A stretch of 57,780 nt of DNA, filler included, from Jimgerdemannia flammicorona (Eukaryota): NCBI GenBank assembly GCA_003990765.1. It is 3 parts of 3 records of this genome, joined end to end, with 100 filler letters (N's around TTAATTAATTAA, not from the genome) between each part and the next. Parts side by side here need not be neighbours in the genome. Positions count along the whole stretch, not along the records: positions 38,591 to 57,780 come from RBNJ01002004.1; 2 more parts are not named here. One strand, 5' to 3'. The first letter of the stretch is position 1, and each line of letters opens with the position of its first letter. Shown here piece by piece: positions 49,771 to 57,780 of this stretch. The notes under the pieces are model-generated. The model was not told where the DNA came from. It was given only the letters and a program-made list of their open reading frames with translations, and did no database searches. Position numbers and translations under genes: made by a program.

Positions 49771-50956
49771 GGAGCTCTACTACAGAACTATCACATACCT
49801 GGGACAGCAAAAGATGCCCCAACATCTGGAAGAATGGACACAAACAATTATCAACAGAACATGGAAACAATTCGAAACCGATAGAGAAATACTGAAGAAA
49901 GGAAAACTACTAGTCATACCGGAACACAAGAAGGAGCAAGCAATGAAATCAGTATATGAACTTGGCCATCTAGGAGGAATGAATACATGCGACAAGGCAA
50001 GAAGAACAATATGGTGGCCAGGGATGGAGGAAGATATTAGACAATTCATCAAGACCTGTGACAAATGCCAGAAATAGAAACAAGATCAACAAAATCAAGC
50101 CCCAGAATCAGCACACATAGAACCAGTACCATTCGCCCACATTGTGATGGATGTAATTGGCCCTCTACCCTTGACTTTGACTGGCAACTGATATATCATC
50201 ATCATTGTAGACCTTTTTACAAAATGGATAGAAGTGGGATCCCTTATGGAAGCCAATGCACAGTCGATCACCGATTTCTTCTACAAGGAAATCATCTGCT
50301 GGTTCAAGACTCCAACACAAGTAACTACAGATAGAGGAACTGAATTCATGAACCAGTTCTTCGAAGTTCTCTATAAGAAGTACAAGATCCAGCATATTCA
50401 GACTACAGCATATCACCCTCAAGGAAACGGACAAGTAGAAAGGACCAACAAAACCCTTAAGAACGTTATTGCCTAGATCTGTGATAACTATGAGAACTGG
50501 GATCACTACCTGCCCATAGCATTATCTGCTCTCCAGGATATCCAATCACAAAGTACCCACTTTACCCCTCGAGAAATGCTATTCGAAGAAGAATGTTCTC
50601 AGGGAACCTTGTTATCCAATGGAGATGCCATATGGAAATAGGTGGACATGGAAATACGGAGACTACACCAAATCAGGAAGAAGGCTGAGGATTACATAAT
50701 GAAGACACAGACACTACAATGGAGGAATGTGGAGAAAACTCACAAACCTTTGGAGATTATCAAGATAGGAGACAAAGTCCTGGTGTATTGGAATATGGTT
50801 GAAGCTTCATGGTCACAAAAACTGGAGCCCAAGTGGGAAGGACCTTACCTTGTGCAAGATATAAAAGGAACCACCTTTTGGCTATGAAAACCCTCAAGCA
50901 CCATAATCCCCACCACTATTCATCGAAACTGACTCAAGAAATATCATGGCCAGTAA
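49763..50956 (+). pseudogene. Integrase in its own reading frame
   Basis: GHLG...WWPGM...CDKCQ zinc-binding region; MDVIGPL, TDRGTEF, AYHPQGNGQVERTN core; KLEPKWEGPY (GPY/F) motif. Confidence 0.92.
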
Positions 50957-51449
50957 CAAAAGTACCGTGATGGCACTCAAGATCACTAGTGCTGCCCAAA
51001 GAGCCATTGAGAGACAATGGTGCACCACTGAGCCTCCGACCATAGAGGAGTCTTATGACAGTATCCAAAGTATCATGCAGACTCATCTCTCTCGGATCTC
51101 ACACTTCAAGGCCTATCAGCATCGGAATGAATTCTAAGAGTACTTCAAACTTGGCCAAGTACTCAACCAAGACCCAGAAATGACCAAAGAAAATTGGATT
51201 GCAGAATGTCAGCTCTCCTATTCCCAGATCACCATTGCTAAGAGAATCCACAAGCTATTCTGAGAGGATGAATCAGCACTAGCCCACCTGTGAGGAGTGA
51301 CTCCCTCAGACTTTGACCAAGTCAGATGACACCATTGGGAAACAGTGATACAACAAATTGCACAATACAAGACCATACAGACCATTGAAGCTTGGGAGTT
51401 TGAATAGATGCTTTAGGGACGAGATCATCTATTCAGGAGGAAGATGTGA
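50946..51449 (+). pseudogene. Accessory ORF3 in the env position, unknown function
   Basis: ATG at 50946; the frame continues through TAA/TGA/TAG stops consistent with C->T changes up to the 3' LTR; aligns by eye to 7300-8121. Confidence 0.7.
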
Positions 51450-51846
51450 TGTATGGTATGAAATCAAAATAGGGAATAGACACTTGATCGCACCCAGTCC
51501 CAAAGTAGTATAGCCACATAGTTAACAGTCCTCGATTTCGCAACTTGCTAAATATTTCACAAAGTGTTAAATGACTCATAACTTAGCTACGTAGCCCAGT
51601 AACTATCTCATAGCTAGCAAAACTTGTATAAATAACCCAGTATCTTCGAGTGAATAAACCAGAGATCAAAATAGTTCAAAAAGAAAAGAAGACAGCAAAG
51701 GAACTAGTAAGCCTGCGGGCAGATACACTTTGAACTCACCCACCCTCTCCTGCAATTTCAAGAGACTCTGCGAGAGTCAGAACAGTCAAGTTTTCAAGAT
51801 ACAGAAATCTGATGTACTTTCAAGAGTAAGCATCCACTACATTACA
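51445..51846 (+). repeat. 3' LTR
   Basis: Direct repeat of the 5' LTR, followed by TSD atag. Confidence 0.95.
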
Positions 51847-52709
51847 ATAGTGATAAGATAGTGATGTGAGATCTCAGAGTATTAACTCTCTCTCTTCTCT
51901 CTTTCTTATTCTTATCATAATGATATATAGATAACAGATACTGTAATAACACTTTAGATTACTTGGGTAATAAGTCAATATATACTAATAGTGATATAAT
52001 ATACTAGTATGAATAAATTATTTCTCTTTTCCAATTTCTCTATCTCTTCCCCTTTTACCCAATATCCCAGAAATAACAAACTTACCATAGGTATCTATTT
52101 TTAATAGAAACTGATATAAGAGTTATTAATAAGTAGTTATATAAATACTAGCAATATTTTGACCCCTTGGAGTTTAGTATAAAGAAGGGAAGAATGTAAT
52201 AAATTATTATATATCTAGTACTCCCAAATGAATTGAATCAATTTGAATCAAATCAAATTAGAGTTGATTCAAATTGGGGATTTTTATATTCAAATTGAAT
52301 TCAAATTGAATTGAGGGTCTAATTCAAATTAATCAAATCAAATTGAACATCAATTTGAGATTCTTAGTGGCTTGTATCATAAGATAATCAGTTCTTTGTT
52401 TGAGAGATACATTACTTGAAATTTACATATAAATATATAATCAAAATTTATATATAACTAATATATATTTTTGAAATTCTAATATATATATATAACCCTG
52501 ATCCTAGTCCTGATCTCAGCCATGCCTGGCTATAGTGACAGCTGGTAAGTATTATTATATATATGACCTCTTTTTTAGTGAAAGATTAGAGATTAATAGA
52601 TTAAATCATTAATAGATTTTGAGAAGGATATGATACAGTTTTCCATATCTTCTGCAATTATTATAGCTTATATAAGGTTAATCTATAGTTTTTAGAGTAA
52701 CAGCTTAAG

Positions 52710-52980
52710 TGGCAGCTTGGGTAGTAGCTTGTGTTTATATAGTGACTTGGGCAGCAGCTTGGACTTAGGCTTGGGTGGTAGCTTGGGCTTAGGTGGTAGC
52801 TTGGGTGGTGATAGTAGCTTGGGCTTGGGTGGCAGCTTAGACTTAGATGGTAGCCTGGGCAGTAACTTGGGCTTGGGTAGTAGCTTGGACTTGAGCAGTA
52901 ACTTGGGCTTAAGCTAGAGTAATAGTAGCTTGAGCTTAGGTGACAGCTTAGGCTTGAGTAGTGGCTTGAACTTAAGTGAT
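52710..52980. repeat. Low-complexity agcttgggcttgggtgg repeats inside the hAT element
   Basis: Visible 6/12/18-bp periodicity. Confidence 0.7.
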
Positions 52981-53269
52981 ATCTTCAGAGACCTCAGGAG
53001 TGGAGGCTTTAGAGGCAATCTGAGGAGTGGCTTCTGATACAGTCCTTAAGATGAATTACTTAATTGCTTCTTCAATCTTCTTCTTCATCTTATTATATTC
53101 ATCATCAGTCTTAAGTTCTTTATCATCCAACCAGATAATAACTTATTGATAGTATTATTTATATCCTTAAAGACTTCAGAATGATAGTTGAAGTTTTTTA
53201 TAAAGTGAGATCATTTTTTGGTTTTTGGTTTATTTTTTATTATCAAAGCCAGATTATTTATATATATTT

Positions 53270-53760
53270 TACTTATACTTTTTATAATATCTGAAGCTCT
53301 CAGCTTATACTTATTATACTTATTGTAATATTTGAAGCTCTCAGCTTATGCTTATTGTATGTAAGATTGCAGACTTATACTTATTACAATATTCAAAGCT
53401 CTCAGCTTATACTTGTTGCTCACAGGATTGCAGACTTATACTTATTACAATATTTGAAGCTCTTAGCTTATACTTATTATAATATTTGAAGCTCTCAACT
53501 TATACTTATTACTTATGGAATTGTTAGCTTATACTTATTGCTTGCCAGATTAAAGACTTATACTTGTTATAATAATTAAAGCTCTCAGCTTATACTTGTT
53601 GCTTGTGAGATTACCAGCTTATACTTATTGCTTATGAGATTATAGACTTGTACTTATTACAATATTTGAAGCTTTCAGCTTATGCTTGTTATAATATTCA
53701 AAGCTCTTGGCTTATATATATTACTTGCAGAATTGCAGACTTATAAGCTTGTAAATATAA
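53270..53760. repeat. Minisatellite (~27/32-bp units, gcttatacttatt core) inside the hAT element
   Basis: More than 15 copies of (g/a)cttatactt(a/g)tt. Confidence 0.85.
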
Positions 53761-55697
53761 GCATTTTGGATATAGTGACTAAGTATATAATATATATTCT
53801 TAAGCTTTGAATATATTTGAAATTCTATATATTATATAATTTATACTACTTATTATCTATCACTAGTGCTCTTGAGCAGATATAAGATATCTTACTCATC
53901 TCATTGAGACTAGAAATGATAGTAATCATATTCAAATATAAAAATCAGATATATATTCAGAAATTATATTTGGATATAGTATATCTATAAGTTCTGGATA
54001 ATGTTTATATAATATGATACCTGAGTACTATATTTATTTGGTATTTTGAAATATAACTACATTTTGAGATTTAGGATTAGCTATTATTATTGGAATACTA
54101 GACTAATTATCATGCCTTTAAACACATATATTTATGAATTGTTTCAGGGTCTAAAGTACCTCTTTTAGCTACTATAAGATCTTTACTACTTAAAAAAAAA
54201 CTCTCTCAATTAGAGTACTTGTTGCTGGGATAGCTGGATAGCTAAGTATTTATATACTATTTTTATTAGATTGAAAAATCTCTACTATGGTCCTAATATT
54301 CCCAATTAATTAAATTAATTAGAGAAACTCAAATAATATTTTGAATTGACCTAATTCAAATATAAATTTCCAACTCACTAATATATCAATTCTTGCTTAA
54401 AATTTAACAGTTTTACTTTTCAAATAAGCATCTATCTCCTGCTCAGGATTTGTCATCAGTTTTTGTCTTTTGTTGAATATATATTTATATAGTACAATAT
54501 TGACATCATCTCTTACTTCTTCATGATCTTTAGAACTTATTCAATTAATTGATCTAGATGGAGGAGTATAGTTTTTAATATAAACTATATGAAGTTTGTT
54601 TTTGACCTCTTCAATCTAAATGTCTTCCCAATCATGTGATAAATAATATTCTAACTTAAGCCTGAGATTGAGTACTGGTTTTTATTAAAAAATAAAATAA
54701 AATAAAATTTATAATAAATTAGTAGTGGTCAATAAGTGAATTTTGAAACAGATTAATACTGTTTCTGATACCAAGTGAATTTCGAAATAGATTTATACTG
54801 TTTCTGACACCAAGGGAATTTCAAAATAGATTTATACTATCTTCAATATCAAGCAAATTTGAAATTATTTCCATATCAGTACCAATATAATAAATTGAAG
54901 TATTTGTCATTGAATAATATATCTTCTACTTAGTAATAGCTGTAGTTAGTACCAGGTAAATGATATTCAGCTCTTCTGTATATTTTCAAATTTCTTGATC
55001 ATTATTCTCCAATATATCTATTAGAAAGTTATAAATAGGAATAGCATAATAAATTGTTAGATATTTATAATAAGCTGTAAGATCTGTTGCTTGTTTGAAG
55101 TACTTTAGCATACCAATAATATCTTTTAGCATCTGTCAAGTATAGTCTTCTATAGCTTATTTTCACAAATCTTTATTAGCTATAATTGTTAAGATTAAAG
55201 GCTATTAATAAATTAATACATTAGATTATTTGAAGAAAATACCAAAAAATAAAAAAATTAAAAATAATATAATCAGCTTACCTCTGATAATTCTAAGATC
55301 TGTTCAACTATCAAATATGTTAAATTCTATCAAGTTTTAATATCCAAAATAAGTTCTTTTAGATTGCAGACTCTAAAAGCTTTATATTATATAGTAAATC
55401 TCTTTCAATATTGTAGTGATAACTGGATCTTGATAATAATTAATTGAAGCTTTAAAATTATTTCTCCAGAACTATCTTCACTCATATCATTATTAGCTTT
55501 TAAATAGACTAAAAGTCCTGAACAGCTAAATTAATAATATGAGCTAGATAGTATATATGTTATATTGACTGATAGTTGAGGTCAGTATAATTGAACTCTG
55601 TCCTGATTGTTTGAAAAAATATAGTGTTGTTAGATATATTATCTGTTTTTATAGCTAATATCTAGAGTGAAAATTCAATAATTCAATTGTAAGATAA

Positions 55698-55940
55698 TTT
55701 TTTTTCAAAAATTTGACCTTTTTCAAAAACTCAATCTTTTTTGAAAATATGATCTTTTTCAAAACTTGACCTTTTTTGAAAACCCAACCTTTTTTGAAAA
55801 TCCAATCTTTTTTAAAAACCTGACTATTTTTGAAAACTCAATCTTTTTCAAAAATCCAACTGTTTTCAAAAACCTGACATCTTTCAAAAATCTGACCTTT
55901 TCAAAAATCTGACCTTTTTAAAATATGATCTTTTTGAAAG
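55698..55940. repeat. ~19-bp tandem repeat (ttttcaaaaacctgacc) inside the hAT element
   Basis: About 12 visible units with a ttttc/gaaaa core. Confidence 0.8.
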
Positions 55941-57405
55941 ACTTGTTCTTTATATATCTTTGTCTGTATGCCAAAATCTTAAACACAGTTCATAAAGACA
56001 ATAGTAAGATTTTTACCTAAATGAGATCCTGATAGCTTGACAAAATTAATCAATATATAGTTGAGTTATTAATTTTGACATATATTGGGTGATATCTATA
56101 TATTAATAGTGAAGAATATTTGATCAGATATATTTTATTTCTAAATAAATAAATTAAAATAAGATTAATTTAAAGTTATTCAAATTTGAAATATTTAAAT
56201 TCATATTTAATATTAAAATATTAAATCTTATCTATAGTATAATTTTGACAGCATCACATTTTCATTAAAAGACCAGTCTAATTTCATTTCATATAGTTCC
56301 AGTAGAAGAAATAGTAATATCTAATTTCAGAAGGCAAAAAAGATCTTTTAGTTCTGAATTCTCAATAACTATAAAAGGCTGGCTATTATGGATAATCCAG
56401 TAAACAAGTTTGTCTTGAAATAACTTTACAGAGAATCTTGGCTATTTAGAGAATTATTAAGTAGTAATGAATTAATAATAAGAAGAAAAAAAAAAGTAGA
56501 CAAGTTATATAAAAACCATACTTTTGAAAAAAATAACTCTATTACTTCTATTTGATAACTCTTATGAAATTTGTCCACAAATCTGTTATTGAGTCACCAA
56601 TAGGTTTATATGATATTTTACAATAGTTATATTTAATTTAGATATCTTTATTTTTCTTATACTTCTTTGTAAACTATTTCCAAATATCAGATTGCTCTTG
56701 TACTTTTCTTTTTCTTTCTTAGATGAGATTATACTTATTGAAGCTAGACTTATTGAAGCTAGACTTGTTGAAGCTATATCTAATACTGAGACTATTGTTA
56801 TAGTATTCTCCACAGAGAGTATAAAAGATACTTCTGATATAATTACTTTAAGAGAATATATATATATATATTGTAAGTTATATTATATATATTTGGAATT
56901 ATAATATTCAGTTTTGAATTTTGAATTTGATTCAAATTGGATTGTAACTAGATTTAATTCAAATTGAATTCCAAATTGAATTCAAAATTTGAATCAAATT
57001 TCAAATTTAATTTACTTCAAATTATGACTTGATTCAATTTGATTTAACTTAAATTGAATTAGCCCTCAATTTAATTTGTTCTAAGTACAATATATATCTA
57101 TAAAGCTACTGAAAATTTCTACAGAAATTCTTATAGAAATTTTTATAGAATTTCTGACTAGTAGGCATAGTTATCTAAAATAGTTTAACTATATATAGAT
57201 ATATTCAGTATACCATATTTAGTTATAGTCTCAAATATATATAATTATTCTCTATACTAAATATATTGAAATCTCAGCTCTGCTTTCTCTAAATATATAT
57301 AAGAATAATATAGTATTCTTATTACAAAACCTCAAATCTGACTTATTAATAATCTTATGTCTGATCAACTTGGAATATAAGCACAATACTTCTACTAGTA
57401 TATAT

Positions 57406-57588
57406 TGTCACGTAGTGGTCGCTGAGTCCTTCAAATACGCCAGATTCTCTTCAAGGTGTATCTCTTAGACTAACTCAAGTTGTTATAAGCAAGTTCTTAT
57501 TGGAGTGCCTTCCCAAGGTCTTATAGTCCTCAAACTTCTTATCTTTAACTATCTTGTTATCTCTTAGATTGCTTGCAAGGAAGTGTGT
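57406..57588 (-). mobile_element. Second copy of the end of the 6895-8362 LTR-like element, interrupted at 57589
   Basis: ~183 bp with about two mismatches to 6895-7077; also preceded by atatat. Confidence 0.9.
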
Positions 57589-57780
57589 GTATTGCACACC
57601 TTTCTCCGGTAACATTCAGGTTACACAAGACTCAGACAACACTTTCTACAACGTTTTTGGTGTCCGACGACTAACAACATGGACGGCAACGATCGATCTG
57701 GTGAGCGTACTGGCCAGGGGGGCGGCGGCGCCTTTGGCTGGCAGCAGGTGGGGAGGAGGGGAGATGGTTTGGGGATGCCA

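Larger units (their letters stand above)
45274..51846 (+). mobile_element. Full-length Ty3/Gypsy LTR retrotransposon with dUTPase and extra 3' ORF (inactive)
   Basis: 402-bp LTRs (TGT...ACA) at 45274-45675 and 51445-51846; 4-bp TSD ATAG; PBS-like ttagtgccc after the 5' LTR; purine tract aggaggaaga before the 3' LTR. Confidence 0.96.
52216..57090 (-). mobile_element. Full-length but decayed hAT DNA transposon
   Basis: 8-bp TSD TATATATC (52208-52215, 57091-57098); short imperfect TIR tagtactc/aagtacaa; aattcaaatt subterminal repeats at both ends. Transposase remnants WIIHNSQPFIVIEN, VLNLRLKLEYY, and dimerization-domain YPAIPATS..ERVF...KRGTLDPETI...MCLK. Confidence 0.88.

Noticed and set aside
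53270..53760. CRISPR-like repeat array (also 4040-5780 and 55698-55940)
   Set aside because: Inter-repeat segments are homologous to each other rather than unique spacers; eukaryotic context, no cas genes.

Overview
Eukaryotic, most likely fungal, scaffold segment (GT-AG introns, fungal-type genes; an early-diverging/Mucoromycota-like host is inference only), with two artificial N-gaps. Most of it is nested, C->T-decayed mobile DNA. Only two host genes look intact: a divergent pair made of a UbiA-type terpene cyclase (11367-12567, -) and a cytochrome P450 (13799-15689, +), a candidate two-gene terpenoid cluster. The most striking structure is an 8.1-kb palindrome (26778-34916) of two head-to-head copies of an endonuclease-less Penelope-like retroelement. 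Its centre is what fold-back (snap-back) priming at a built-in 15-bp inverted repeat would produce, and it sits inside an L1/Tx1 LINE with no TSD. A full-length Ty3/Gypsy element (45274-51846) carries a dUTPase, a separately initiated integrase and a third ORF. Apparent homologs of that ORF3 lie inside the long LTR-like units of two other families (7300-8121 intact; about 20800-21447 and 35171-35717 decayed). Also present: a tandem array of one-LRR-per-exon cassettes, decayed hAT transposons, an AAA-ATPase-like pseudogene, a POP3-like pseudogene fragment and several tandem repeats. All homologies were judged by eye from motifs; no searches were run.
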